Assembly (NCBI GenBank): GCA_963751395.1
Contig: CAVVUC010000002.1
Location: 1,172,029 to 1,236,028, forward strand
Length of the DNA stretch: 64,000 bases
Direction of reading: 5' to 3'
Origin: an uncultured Verrucomicrobiae bacterium
GTDB taxonomy: Bacteria; Verrucomicrobiota; Verrucomicrobiia; Chthoniobacterales; Chthoniobacteraceae
Under the pieces are notes generated by a model. That model did no database searches, was not told the origin of the DNA, and worked only from the letters and a program-made list of their open reading frames with translations. Made by a program: the position numbers and the translations under genes. Shown in pieces: positions 9,929 through 20,329 of this stretch. Each line of letters starts with the position of its first letter. The first letter of the stretch is position 1.

Positions 9929-10690
9929 TCACTTCGGGTTCACGACGGTGTTCGTCGTTCCCAGCCAGCCATTGGCGGCATTTTGCGTGGAAAAAATGTC
10001 GCCCGGTGAAGACCCGCCGTTGGGGCCGGTGATTGTCAGCGTCGATGGATTGGCTTTCACAAACGCGCCGCTGATGTCCGTGCGAATGACGATCGCGCCC
10101 GTCCCCTTCCACACGCCGCCCTTCAAGGTCGCGTCCTTCTCGTATTTGTGGCTGGATTCCCCGCCCGCTGCGAAGCCATTCGCGAGGAGCGGCAGCGAGG
10201 AGTTCGACGTGTCGTTCAGCCCGAGAACGTAGGCCCATTCGTTTTCGCCAGCGGCCAGCGTCAGGTTGGGCGTGTCCTGCGGCGGGTTGTCGATCTGCTC
10301 GTCGGGCGGAGTGGCGCTGCACCATGCCGAACGCGGGAGCCAGAAGATTTTCTCCGACTGAAGGTAAGTCGGAAAAAGCTGCGCGAAGGCCGTGTTCGAG
10401 TCGGAGACCTGAGTGGTTGTCGGTTTGCCGTTCGTGAGCGTGTAGCTCGGAAACAGCCCGTTGTTGTCGCCCGCGTAGATTTTCAGCGCGAGGCCGATTT
10501 GCTTGGCGTTGTTCAGCGCGAGCGTCTGAGCCGCTCTTACTTGAACGCCCTGCATGGCGGGAAGCGCGATGCCGGCGAGGACTGCGATGATCGAGATCAC
10601 CACGAGCAGCTCGATCAGCGTAAAAGCCATCGAGCCATTTTTTGACAAGGCCGGGAACGCCGGCTGGTTGATTGGAGTGGATGTTTTCAT
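9929..10690 (-). CDS. prepilin-type N-terminal cleavage/methylation domain protein (pseudopilin/T2SS GspG-like)
   Basis: N-terminal [24 protein letters not shown] is a canonical class III signal and pilin hydrophobic helix. The start codon is ambiguous (Met at 10702, 10690 or 10630). Confidence 0.7.
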   Translation of the reverse strand: MKTSTPINQPAFPALSKNGSMAFTLIELLVVISIIAVLAGIALPAMQGVQVRAAQTLALNNAKQIGLALKIYAGDNNGLFPSYTLTNGKPTTTQVSDSNTAFAQLFPTYLQSEKIFWLPRSAWCSATPPDEQIDNPPQDTPNLTLAAGENEWAYVLGLNDTSNSSLPLLANGFAAGGESSHKYEKDATLKGGVWKGTGAIVIRTDISGAFVKANPSTLTITGPNGGSSPGDIFSTQNAANGWLGTTNTVVNPK

Positions 10691-10806
10691 GGCTCCAATC
10701 AACCACAGCCATGTTACCGGTTTGTTACCGTCCTGTTCTGAGATGGTTATTTTTCAAAAAGGCGCGCGAGACTTCTTCGGCATCGAAACAAAGCCGCCCG
10801 CCGCCT

Positions 10807-11268
10807 CTAACTCCTGATTCCGCCGAGGCGCGAACCCGCCGGCCAGCGATTCATGATCCGCGCGCCGTCGATTTTCCACGAATCGCCTTCGCTCACGAGC
10901 GAGTAGATGCACGGAAGCACTGCGCCTTCGCCGTCGATGAAAAACACCTGCAGCGTCGCGCGCCTGCCGACGCAATGGAACGCGCCGAACTCGACGCGCT
11001 GAGCCCGCACGATTCCAGGGAAGTCTGTGCGAATCATTTCGGCGAACTGGCCGACGTTGACCCTTTGTTGAAAACTCGCGGAAGCCTGCTGATAGGCCCG
11101 CGGAAAATCCTCCGCCCGGACTGCATTGAGCTGGCTGTTGACGACTTCATACAAGTCCACCGGCTTCACCCTGTCGGTGTAGCCATGCATGTAATAGCTC
11201 AGCAGCGCCGCGCTTCCGCAGATCGAGAAGAAGAGCATCAGCAATGTGATTTTGCCGCGCTGGCTCAT
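10807..11268 (-). CDS. DUF4864-like protein with N-terminal signal/TM segment
   Basis: The long ORF 10807..11484 has an implausible arginine-rich N-terminus. The internal start MSQRGKITLLMLFFSICGSAALL gives about 153 aa with a hydrophobic leader. Its start overlaps the upstream DUF971 gene stop by 4 nt (ATGA). Confidence 0.5.
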   Translation of the reverse strand: MSQRGKITLLMLFFSICGSAALLSYYMHGYTDRVKPVDLYEVVNSQLNAVRAEDFPRAYQQASASFQQRVNVGQFAEMIRTDFPGIVRAQRVEFGAFHCVGRRATLQVFFIDGEGAVLPCIYSLVSEGDSWKIDGARIMNRWPAGSRLGGIRS

Positions 11269-11588
11269 GAGCCGGCTCCTGTGTTTGCGCCTTGGGCGAG
11301 GCGCCTCAGATAATCGAAGGTGTAAAGGCCGGTGCAATGCCCATCCTCCCAAGCCGGCTGAAAGGCGTAGCCGCCGATGAGTTGATAACTCTTCAGACGG
11401 AAGCTTGCGTCGGTGTAGGTGACGTCGGGCCGCTGCACGTTTCCCATCACGTCCGGCTCGCCGCCGCAACCCGCGCAGGGACACGCGCGGCGCAAGAACT
11501 CGAGCACGAGATACGATTCCGTGCCGTCATTCCATTTGATGGCGATCTCGTTGCCGATGGTCTGGATGTTGGTCGGGCTGATGCGCAT
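11265..11588 (-). CDS. DUF971 family protein (gamma-butyrobetaine hydroxylase-like N-terminal domain)
   Basis: 107 aa with KWNDGTESYLVLEFLRRACPCAGCGGE, the characteristic DUF971 CxCxxC signature. Confidence 0.65.
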   Translation of the reverse strand: MRISPTNIQTIGNEIAIKWNDGTESYLVLEFLRRACPCAGCGGEPDVMGNVQRPDVTYTDASFRLKSYQLIGGYAFQPAWEDGHCTGLYTFDYLRRLAQGANTGAGS

Positions 11589-11609
11589 GTTCTTCTTCCA
11601 ATCCGTAGC

Positions 11610-12332
11610 TCAATTTTCCGAAAACGTCTCCGCCGATTTTAACGCCTTCGCGCTGCGCGGGCCAAAGATCGCGGTGCCCACGCGCACCATCGTCGCGCCT
11701 TCTTCAATGGCGACGCCGAAATCGCCGCTCATGCCCATCGACAAATGCGGAAGCTGGATCGCGAATGCTGTCTGCAGATCGTTTCGCAGTGTCCGAAGTG
11801 CGACGAAGAATTTTCGGGAGTCTTCCGCATTCTCCGAAAACGGCGGGATCGTCATCAATCCCTCGATCTGGAGACGGTCGAGCGCGAGCAACTCCTGCAT
11901 GTCGCGGTGAAGATCGTCGCGGGTGAAGCCGAATTTCGTCGATTCGCCGGCGACGTTGATTTCGAGGAGGATTTTTGGAAACAGGCCGAGTTCGGCGGCG
12001 ATGCGATCGATGTCACGCGCGATCGCCAGCGAGTCCACGCCATGAAACAGCTCGAACAATGGCAGGGCCTGCCGGATTTTGTTCTTCTGCAAATGCCCGA
12101 TGAAATGCCAGCGCGCCTTCGATGGGAGCAGGGGAATTTTCGCGCGGGCCTCCTGCACGCGGCTTTCGCCGAAAAGCAGATGTCCGGCATCGATCACCTC
12201 GCGGATCGCATCCGGCGGATGCGTCTTGGAAACGGCGACCAACTCAACCTCATTTGCCGCGCGCCCGGACCTCCCGGCAGCGGCTGCGATGGCCGTTTGC
12301 ACGGCGGCGAGTCTCTCGAAAATTTGTGACAT
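11610..12332 (-). CDS. yggS: YggS-family pyridoxal-phosphate homeostasis protein (PLPHP)
   Basis: VSKTHP, LFGESRVQE, WHFIGHLQKNK and SMGMSGDF...VRVGTAIFG are the UPF0001/YggS hallmarks. Confidence 0.85.
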   Translation of the reverse strand: MSQIFERLAAVQTAIAAAAGRSGRAANEVELVAVSKTHPPDAIREVIDAGHLLFGESRVQEARAKIPLLPSKARWHFIGHLQKNKIRQALPLFELFHGVDSLAIARDIDRIAAELGLFPKILLEINVAGESTKFGFTRDDLHRDMQELLALDRLQIEGLMTIPPFSENAEDSRKFFVALRTLRNDLQTAFAIQLPHLSMGMSGDFGVAIEEGATMVRVGTAIFGPRSAKALKSAETFSEN

Positions 12333-12388
12333 TAATAGTGAGAATCGCGATTGACGACCGGATTAGGAGTCCTCATTATGGTGCCTCA

Positions 12389-13306
12389 ATGCAAGTCGAA
12401 ACCTTCAAAATATTTTGTGATTTGGTTGAAACGGGCAGCTTCTCCAAAGCAGCCGTGATCAATTCAATAACCCAAAGCGCTGTCAGTCAACAAATACGAT
12501 CGTTGGAGATACGCTACGACGTAACGCTCATCGACCGGGGACGGCGGAACTTCTCGCTTACACCCGAAGGCGAGGCCTTTCTCGAAGCGAGCAAACAAAT
12601 CCTGGAGATTTACGATAACCTCGGCAACCGGCTTCACGAACTGAAGAACCTGATCGCGGGCGACATTAAAATCGCGGCCATCTACAGCATCGGCCTGCAC
12701 GAGCTGCCTCCGCATTTGAAAGAGTTTCGCAAGCTGCATCCGGACGTCGAGTTGCATGTGGAGTATCGCCGGTCGGCGGAAGTGTATCAGCTCGTGCTCA
12801 ATGGCGAAGCCGATATGGGCCTCGTCTCGTATCCCGCGAAGCGAAAGGGCTTGCAGATTGAGCCGTTCACATCGGACCGGCTCGTGGTCATCTGTCATCC
12901 GAACCATCGCCTGGCGAAACTTAAAAGCATCCGGATCGAGGAAATCACAGGGGAGAAATTCATCTCGTTCGAGCCGGACCTGCCGACACGCAAAGTCATC
13001 GACCGCCATCTGCGCGAGAACGGTGTCGTGGTCAAGCCCGCGATGGAATTCGACAACATCGAGACCGTCAAACGCGCGGTGGAAATCGAGAACGGCATCT
13101 CGATCGTCCCGAATCACACCGTCGAGCAGGAAGTCGCCAGCCACATTTTGAGCGCGGTGGATATTGTGGAGCCGGAGATGGTGCGTCCTCTTGGAATCTT
13201 GCTGAAACGCAATCGTTCCTGCTCACCCGCCCAAAAGGCGTTCATGGCCCTGCTTCAAACTGCCGGGAAAGCATCGGGGCAAAATGCTTCGGGTTCAGAT
13301 TCCTGA
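12389..13306 (+). CDS. LysR-family transcriptional regulator
   Basis: From the internal Met MQVETFKIFCDLVETGSFSKAA (LysR HTH), followed by a LysR substrate-binding domain. It is divergent from yggS. The upstream part of ORF 12122.. is antisense junk. Confidence 0.8.
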   Translation: MQVETFKIFCDLVETGSFSKAAVINSITQSAVSQQIRSLEIRYDVTLIDRGRRNFSLTPEGEAFLEASKQILEIYDNLGNRLHELKNLIAGDIKIAAIYSIGLHELPPHLKEFRKLHPDVELHVEYRRSAEVYQLVLNGEADMGLVSYPAKRKGLQIEPFTSDRLVVICHPNHRLAKLKSIRIEEITGEKFISFEPDLPTRKVIDRHLRENGVVVKPAMEFDNIETVKRAVEIENGISIVPNHTVEQEVASHILSAVDIVEPEMVRPLGILLKRNRSCSPAQKAFMALLQTAGKASGQNASGSDS

Positions 13307-13368
13307 GATCGCTCGGGGCACCGGCCTGAAGGCTGGCTTTGTTCGAACACGCGGGCGATCGCCTTGTC

Positions 13369-16368
13369 TCAGGCGATCCGGCCGCAGCAGTTCTTGAACT
13401 TCTTTCCGCTGCCACAAGGGCAGGGATCGTTGCGCCCGACCTTCGGGGCTTCGCGTTTCACGGGCTCGAGTTCGAGAGTCAGCGTGTCGCCGCCTTCGGG
13501 TTCGCGGGCCGGCCTTGCGGCGGAGGGCGGAGCGACGGGGCCGCCTTGGGACACGACCGATCCTTGCGGCTCCGAGTGCAGCAGGTGTTGCGGCAGAGTG
13601 GCGAGGAAATGCTCGAACGCCATGATGTTCGAGGTGCTGCGGAAGAGGTTGTGCAGGACTTCGCCTTTGATGTTCGCCATCAACTCGACGAACATTTCGT
13701 AGGCCTCGTTCTTGTATTCGATGAGCGGATCTTTCTGGCCGTAGGCGCGCAGATAAACGGCTTCGCGCAGGCTGTCCATGGCGTAGAGATGCTCCTGCCA
13801 GAGCCGGTCGATGGCGTTCAGGATGATGTAGCGTTCCAGGCTTGTCACCGCCGTCGGCTCCTCGTGGCTGCATTTCAGCTCGTAGGATTTCTTGATTTTT
13901 TCGATCAAAAAGCTGCCGGCTTCTTCTGCCGACATTTTGTCGAAGCCGGTTTTCTCCGCGTTGAGGCCGAGCGGGAAGGTGGTGTTGACCCAGTTCAGCA
14001 GGCCGACGCGGTTCGGTTCCTCGCCGTCGGTCGCCGTGAGGTATTCCTGCACCTTCGCGGGGACTGCTTCGTCGATGACCTCGAAGATCATCTTGCGCGG
14101 GTCCTCGGTGTCGATCGCTTCGTTGCGATAGCCATAGACGACTTCGCGCTGCATGTTCATCACGTCGTCGAACTCGAGCGTGCGTTTGCGCGCGAGGTAG
14201 TTGCGTTGCTCGACGCGTTTCTGCGCGGTTTCGACGCTGCGATTGAGCCAGGGGTGCTCAAGCTCCTGGCCTTCCTCGAGGCCGAAGCGCTCCATGATTT
14301 TCGTCATGCGATCGGCCGCGCCGAAGTTGCGCATCAGGTCGTCCTCGAAGCTGACGTAGAACCGCGACGAGCCGGGGTCGCCCTGGCGTGCGCAGCGTCC
14401 GCGCAACTGCCGGTCGATGCGCCGCGATTCGTGGCGCTCGGTGCCGATGACGTAAAGCCCGCCGACTTCCGTCACGCCGGGGCCGAGTTTGATGTCGGTG
14501 CCGCGGCCCGCCATGTTGGTCGAAATCGTGACCGTGCCGGGCTGGCCGGCGCGCGCGACGATCTCGGCCTCCTGCATGTGGTACTTCGCGTTGAGGACGT
14601 TGTGCGGGATTTTCTCGCGCTTGAGCATGCGCGAGAGCACTTCGGAGGCTTCGACGCTCACGGTGCCGACGAGCACCGGCTGGCCCTTGCGCGTGCGCAG
14701 CGCGGATTTCGTTGACGACCGCGTTGAATTTCTCGCGCCGCGTTTTGTAGATGAAATCGTTGTAGTCCTTGCGGATGCACGGGCGGTTCGTCGGGATGAC
14801 GTTGACGTCGAGCTTGTAGATGTCGTGGAACTCGTTCGCCTCGGTCTCGGCGGTGCCGGTCATGCCGGCGAGCTTGAAGTAAAGGCGGAAGTAATTCTGG
14901 ATCGTGATCGTCGCAAGCGTCTGCGTCTCGCGGTCGATCTGCACGCCTTCCTTCGCCTCGACGGCCTGATGCAAACCGTCGCTCCAGCGGCGGCCCGGCA
15001 TTTTGCGGCCGGTGAATTCATCGACGATGACGACCTTGTTGTCCTCGACGACGTACTGCACGTCCTTTTCAAAAAGGCAGTAGGCGCGGAGCAGCTGCGA
15101 GATGTTGTGGATGCGCTCGGACTGATGGTCGCATCTTCGCCTGGCGACTTGGCCTTCACGCGCAGCCTTGCCGGCTTCGTCCAGCGTCGTGTCGTTGTCG
15201 ATGTCGGCAAACTCCGTCATCAAATCCGGCAGCACGAACGCGTCCGGGTCGTCGGGATTCAGAAACGCGCGGCCCTGTTCGCTGAGATCGGCCTCGTGCG
15301 CGCGCTCGTCGATGGTGAAGAACAGCTCCTCCTTTAGCGCGAACAGCGCTTCCTTCTGCGCGTCGGAGTAAAAGGAGAGCTCGGCCTTGTCGATGATCCT
15401 GCGGCGTTCGGGATCCTCCATCATGCGCAGGAGACCTTTGTTGCGCGGCTGGCCGAGTTTGACCTTGAACATGATCACGTCCGGCATCTTCGTTTTTGCC
15501 CTGCTTGAAAAGCTCCTCCGCCTCGCTGGCAGAGCCGGTTGCAGAGCATCGTCTGCTTCTGCACGAGCTGATCGACGAGCGGTTTGAACTTGTCGTACTG
15601 ATGCGTCGAGATGGTTGCCGGGCCGCTGATGATGAGCGGCGTGCGCGCTTCGTCGATGAGGATGGAATCGACTTCGTCCACGATGGCGAAATGATAGCCG
15701 CGCTGCACCTGCTGCTCCTTGCTCGTGGCCATGCCGTTGTCGCGCAGGTAATCGAACCCGAACTCGCTGTTCGTGCCGTAGGTGATGTCGCAGTAATACT
15801 GCTCGCGACGGACATTCGGCGCCTGGTCGTGCTGGATGATGCCGACGGTGAGCCCGAGGAATTTGTAAAGCTCGCCCATCCACTCGGCGTCGCGCCGGGC
15901 GAGGTAATCGTTCACGGTCACGAGATGCGCGCCTTTGCCGGTGAGCGCGTTGAGGTAAAGCGGCAGCGTGGCGACCAGCGTCTTGCCTTCGCCGGTGGCC
16001 ATTTCCGCGATGCGCCCGCGATGCAGCACCATGCCGCCGATGAGCTGCGTGTCGAAATGGACCATCTCCCAGGTCATCGGCTGGTCGCAGACGCTGAACG
16101 AATGCTTCCGCTCGGTGAGCCGGCGCGCCGCGTTTTTTACCACCGCAAAAGCCTCCGGCAGAATCTCGTCGAGCACGTCCTGCTGCTCGTTCAGATCCTC
16201 GATTTTTGCGAGCCGCTCCTTCCATTGCGCCGTCCTGGCACGGAGGTCGTCATCGGAAACGGATTGCAGTTCCTGCTCGATCTGATTGATCCGCTCGACG
16301 ATCGGTCGCATGCGCTTGATCTCGCGCGTGTTTTTCGAGCCGATGATTTTCTTGAGGAGCCAGTTCAT
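13369..16368 (-). CDS. secA: preprotein translocase ATPase SecA (two apparent frameshifts)
   Basis: Three overlapping minus-strand ORFs tile one SecA: the N-terminus ([20 protein letters not shown]...[11 protein letters not shown]) in ORF 15475..16410, the middle (PPXP/helical scaffold, MTGTAETE) in 14258..16225, and the C-terminus with the Zn finger [16 protein letters not shown] in 13369..14676. Frame changes occur near 15480-15500 (a ttttt run) and near 14680-14700. Confidence 0.85.
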
Positions 16369-16510
16369 AACAAAATGTGGGCGGGTGCCGGGAGGCGCAA
16401 TTAAGCGCAAAACGCCCGCAACCGCTACATTTTAATTGCGATGCGCCGGGCGGCAAATTCCCGGAGCGAGCGCCCGGTGTCGGAAGCCCTTGCGGCAGGT
16501 TTCCGTGCAG

Positions 16511-16729
16511 TTAAAGGAGCTGGCCGGTCGGCTGCTGCGTGTGGACCGCGGAGGGGGCCGACGCCGGCTGGCTGCCGTTCTTCATAAGCGCGCGCTCCTT
16601 GATGTCGAGAACGCGTTCCTGCTGATCCAGCTTCCGCTCCTCGACCAAATAGGTGGGGATGTATTTCAAACCCGCGGCGATGATGACAGTGAAGCAGATC
16701 CAGAGAATGACTTTGTTGGTTTCTTTCAT
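16511..16729 (-). CDS. small membrane-anchored coiled-coil protein (FtsB/DivIC-like architecture?)
   Basis: About 72 aa from the internal Met: MKETNKVILWICFTVIIAAGLKY (TM segment) then a charged coiled-coil region (EERKLDQQERVLDIKERA). No family assigned. Confidence 0.35.
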   Translation of the reverse strand: MKETNKVILWICFTVIIAAGLKYIPTYLVEERKLDQQERVLDIKERALMKNGSQPASAPSAVHTQQPTGQLL

Positions 16730-16894
16730 GTTCTTTCTCCACGTTTGAGCCGCGTGTTTCGGCTGCGAAGTGCGTCCATAATAAAAAAACCATAACATCT
16801 GTCAACGAATATCCCGCGTTTGCCGGGCGGTCTCGTTCCCTGAAAACTGCGACGCAACTTTACATCCGGCGGGGCAGCCGCTAAATACGCGCCG

Positions 16895-17122
16895 ATGATG
16901 TTGAAGACAATTCCCGGCGTGCAGTCCGTGACGATCGGCCCTGTGCTTTCGTCGCATCGGGCGGAAGTCGATTCGTCCAGCGACCTGGCGCTCGTGATTC
17001 AGTTCCCGAACGAACAGGCTCTGCGAAACTACGAAAAGAATCCGACCCACCAAAAAGCCGTGAAGCAAGTGCTTCTGCCGCTCGTCCGGAAATTCGTGGT
17101 TTATGATTTTGTGAATCGCTGA
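16895..17122 (+). CDS. Dabb-like stress-responsive dimeric alpha/beta-barrel protein, apparently N-terminally truncated
   Basis: 75 aa. IPGVQSVTIGPVLS...LALVIQFPNEQALRNYEKNPTHQKAV...VVYDFV matches the C-terminal two-thirds of the Dabb fold. An in-frame stop lies at 16841 and no alternative start supplies the first beta strand. Confidence 0.4.
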   Translation: MMLKTIPGVQSVTIGPVLSSHRAEVDSSSDLALVIQFPNEQALRNYEKNPTHQKAVKQVLLPLVRKFVVYDFVNR

Positions 17123-17156
17123 GGCGCCATCATTCCCGTTATCGCCGGCACACCCA

Positions 17157-18107
17157 ATGAAATTCCCTCCGCTCGATTTTTCCAAAATCCGCACCTACGC
17201 GCTTGAGGAACGCGCCAACAAAGTCGCTGTTGCGGACTTCGCGCGGGTCCACGAAAGCGGTGGAAGCTTTGCGGACTTCCTCGAAAAACTCCCGAACTTC
17301 CTCGCCGCCGCTGATTTCAAGAAAGTCGTGGCCGCCATCGTGGCCGCCGTGCGCACGGACCGACCGGTCCTCCTGATGATGGGAGCGCATCCGATCAAGT
17401 GCGGGCTGAATCCGCTCATCGTCGATCTGATGAGACGCCGGGTGATCTCCGCAGTCGCGTTCAATGGCGCGGGAGCGATCCACGATTTCGAAACGGCCTT
17501 TCAGGGCGAGACGAGCGAGGACGTTCAACGCGGTTTGGACGACGGTTCATTCGGCATGGTCGATGAAACACCGCGCTTGATGAACGCGGCCATTGAGGTT
17601 GGCGTGCGGCGTGGCTTGGGTGCCGGCGAGGCGCTCGGGCGCGCGATTGCGGACGGCGCATTTGTGAACCGCCACTTGAGCATCCTGAACACCGGCATCG
17701 AAATGAACGCGCCCGTCACCGTCCATATCGCAATCGGCACGGACATCATTCATCAGCATCCAACCACGAGCGGCGCGGCGCTCGGCGAGGCGTCGTATCG
17801 CGACTTCCAGCGATTCGCCTCGGTCGTCGCGCAACTCGAAGGCGGCGTCGTGTTGAACATCGGCAGCGCCGTCATCATGCCCGAGGTTTTTTTGAAAGCT
17901 CTCACCATCGCGCGCAACCTCGGCAACACGGTAAGCAACTTCACCACCGCGAACTTCGACATGATCCGGCACTATCGCCCATCCGAAAACGTCGTTCGCC
18001 GCCCGACACATCTCGGCGGCCAGGGTTTCTATATCGTCGGCCACCATGAGTTGATGATTCCGCTGCTATTCGCTGCGGTCGTCGAGGAGTTAAGAATTAA
18101 GAGTTAG
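17157..18107 (+). CDS. deoxyhypusine synthase-like (DS family) protein
   Basis: 316 aa. Segments PVLLMMGAHPIKCGLNPLIVDLMRRRVISAVAFNGAGAIHDFE and VLNIGSAVIMPE parallel the DHS segments VFLGYTSNLISSGIRE...VDVLVTTAGGVEEDL and ILGGGVVKHH. This rests on remembered DHS motifs only. The C-terminal codons ELRIKS* are encoded by the left arm of a heptamer hairpin. Confidence 0.4.
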   Translation: MKFPPLDFSKIRTYALEERANKVAVADFARVHESGGSFADFLEKLPNFLAAADFKKVVAAIVAAVRTDRPVLLMMGAHPIKCGLNPLIVDLMRRRVISAVAFNGAGAIHDFETAFQGETSEDVQRGLDDGSFGMVDETPRLMNAAIEVGVRRGLGAGEALGRAIADGAFVNRHLSILNTGIEMNAPVTVHIAIGTDIIHQHPTTSGAALGEASYRDFQRFASVVAQLEGGVVLNIGSAVIMPEVFLKALTIARNLGNTVSNFTTANFDMIRHYRPSENVVRRPTHLGGQGFYIVGHHELMIPLLFAAVVEELRIKS

Positions 18108-18172
18108 AAGTTAAAAAACGTCATCGACTCAAAACTGCTGTCCTTAATTCTTAACTCATAAGTCTTAACTTT
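18087..18172. repeat. heptamer-tandem inverted-repeat hairpin (AAGAATT/AAGAGTT/AGAAGTT versus AATTCTT/AACTCAT/AAGTCTT)
   Basis: gagttaagaattaagagttagaagttaa, a 27-nt spacer, then ccttaattcttaactcataagtcttaactt. The left arm encodes the last 6 codons plus the stop of the DHS-like gene, and the right arm ends 10 nt before the rfaE ATG. Confidence 0.9.
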
Positions 18173-18182
18173 TCGCCTTTCC

Positions 18183-19191
18183 ATGACCCGCGACCGGCTC
18201 CATCACATCCTCCAATCCTTCAAAGCAAAGCGCATCCTCGTCATCGGCGACCTGATGCTCGACGAGTTCATCTGGGGAAACGTGAAGCGCATTTCGCCGG
18301 AAGCGCCGGTGCCGGTGGTTGAAGTCGAGCGCGAATCTTATTTCCCTGGCGGCGCTGCCAACGTCGCGCGCAACTTGCGCGAGTTTGCCGATGACGTGCA
18401 TGTGATGGCTCTGATCGGCACCGATTCCCACGCACAGCAGTTGAAGCAGCTCTTGAACGAACACGGCATCCGTCTCGACTGCATCCAGGAGGATCCCGAA
18501 CTACCGCACCATTGTGAAGACGCGCATCATCGCGCGACATCAACAGGTCGTGCGCGTGGATCGCGAGAAGAAAATCAGCCTCACCGAGGCCCAGGAAGAG
18601 TGCGCAATGCAACAATTGCACGCGTTGATTCCGCAGATCGACGCGCTCATTCTGGAGGATTACAGCAAGGGGTTGTTGAATCAGTCGTTTGTCGATCGCG
18701 TGCTCGCTTGCGCGACGGCAGCGGGAAAAATTGTCACCGTCGATCCGAACCCGAACAACAAACTCGCATGGCACGGTGTCACGGCGGTGACACCGAACCG
18801 CAGCGAGGCTTTCGCTGCCGCCGGCCAGCCGTGGACGGACCCGGTGCATCCGGTGGAAAACGACACGAACCTGTTCGATGTCGGCCGGATGCTGCTCGGA
18901 AAATGGGGCGCGGCCAACCTGCTCATCACGCTTGGCGAACAAGGCATGATGCTCTTCCGGCAGGATGCGCAGCCGTTCCACATTCCCACACGGGCGCAGG
19001 ATGTCTTCGACGTTTCAGGCGCAGGCGATACCGCGATTTCCCTCTTCACGCTGGCGCTCTGCAGCGGCGCGACACCGATCGAGGCGGCGGACATATCGAA
19101 CCACGCGAGCGGCGTGGTCGTCGGCAAACTAGGCACCGCCACGCTGACACCGGCGGAGTTGGTCGCGAGCTTCGAGGCCAATGCAGAATGA
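18183..19191 (+). CDS. rfaE: D-glycero-beta-D-manno-heptose-7-phosphate kinase (RfaE/HldE domain I, PfkB family), one apparent frameshift
   Basis: N-terminal KRILVIGDLMLDEFIWGNVKRISPEAPVPVV is the RfaE domain I signature. The remainder (KTRIIARHQQVVRVDRE...DVSGAGDT...) is in another frame (ORF 18514..19191), with the shift near 18500-18525. Confidence 0.75.
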
Positions 19192-19424
19192 ATGTCGTGT
19201 CCCTGTTTTTGGCGCGTGAGAGAAAGCCACGCCAACCGTGAGAGGCTCAGGGACTACCCGCGGGTCTGGCGTGCCCGTTCAAGACCGGGCAGGGGAAGAA
19301 GCATCGGGGCAACGGCGAGTGGCACCCGAAAGGCGTGATTGGTCCATTTTCAACTGGCTTCCGTCCTTGCCCCACAAAAAAAGCATTGTGATCGCGGCTT
19401 CGTGCGGTGTTGATTGCCCGCACG

Positions 19425-20255
19425 ATGAAGCTAGAAGCCCCGGCCAAGATCAATCTGTCGTTGAAGGTTTGTGGAAAACGAGAGGACGGCTTTCACGAAA
19501 TCGAAACGCTCATGGTTTCCATCTCGCTTCGGGATGAGTTGACCATCGAGCCGGCGGAGGTGGAAGGCGTCGCCTTGACTTGCAGCGATGCCTCGATCCC
19601 GTCCGACGACACGAATCTCGTTGTTCGCGCGGCGAAGCTGTTCTTTGCGAGGACCGGCCTCGCGCCGCGCGTGAAGATCAATCTTCTAAAACGCATCCCG
19701 CATGGCGCGGGACTCGGAGGCGGCAGCAGCGATGCGGCGGCGACTTTGCTCGGGCTGAACGATCTTTTCGACACGCATTTTAAGACGGATGCGCTTGCCG
19801 GAATGGCGGCGGAACTTGGCTCGGACATTCCATTCTTCATCCATCGCTCTGCGGCGCTCTGCCGCGGGCGGGGGGAGCTGATTTCACCGGTGCAATTTCC
19901 GCAGCGGCTGCCGTTGCTTCTGCTCAAGCCTCCGTTTGGAGTCCCGACGCCGTGGGCCTACACGCAATGGCGCGACTCTGTTGAGTTGCCCGGCATTCCT
20001 TACGCCTCGCAGAAATTTTCGTGGGGTGAGTTGACCAACGACCTGGAGCGGCCGGTGTTTCAGAAATACATCTTCCTCGCCGTGCTCAAGCGCTGGCTGC
20101 TCGCCCAACCGGAGACCGTCGGGGCACTGATGTCCGGCTCCGGTTCAACCTGCTTTGCGGTCCTGCGCGACGCTTCCGATGCGGTCTCTCTTGCCGGGAA
20201 GGCGGCTGCGGAATTTGAATCCAGCCTCTGGACTTGGGCGGGAACGACCGGGTAG
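19425..20255 (+). CDS. ispE: 4-diphosphocytidyl-2-C-methyl-D-erythritol kinase
   Basis: [15 protein letters not shown]...[20 protein letters not shown] is the GHMP-kinase IspE signature. Confidence 0.85.
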   Translation: MKLEAPAKINLSLKVCGKREDGFHEIETLMVSISLRDELTIEPAEVEGVALTCSDASIPSDDTNLVVRAAKLFFARTGLAPRVKINLLKRIPHGAGLGGGSSDAAATLLGLNDLFDTHFKTDALAGMAAELGSDIPFFIHRSAALCRGRGELISPVQFPQRLPLLLLKPPFGVPTPWAYTQWRDSVELPGIPYASQKFSWGELTNDLERPVFQKYIFLAVLKRWLLAQPETVGALMSGSGSTCFAVLRDASDAVSLAGKAAAEFESSLWTWAGTTG

Positions 20256-20329
20256 CCCATCGCGAGCCATCCAGTTCCGCGCAGTATTTTCCTTTCGCGT
20301 TTTGCTTTCCACCTTTAGCTTTCCCCGCC

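Noticed and set aside
13307-13368. Convergent lysR/secA intergenic dyad (cctgagatcgc...gcgatcgccttgtctcagg) considered as a bidirectional terminator
   Set aside because: It is an imperfect dyad without flanking T or A tracts. It is plausible but too weak to call.
13339-14715. 458-aa + strand ORF and other long ORFs opposite secA, rpoB and rpoC
   Set aside because: They lie opposite clearly identified SecA, beta and beta' coding sequence. They are artefacts of GC3 bias.
19192-19406. 215-nt GC-rich intergenic region upstream of ispE considered as an SRP (4.5S) RNA or other ncRNA
   Set aside because: It only weakly resembles the SRP domain IV consensus (GGAAG...AGCAGCC), with about 9 of 13 matches. 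There is no convincing helix 8 pairing, and it cannot be confirmed without a covariance-model search (cmsearch with Rfam SRP_bact, 6S, tmRNA).
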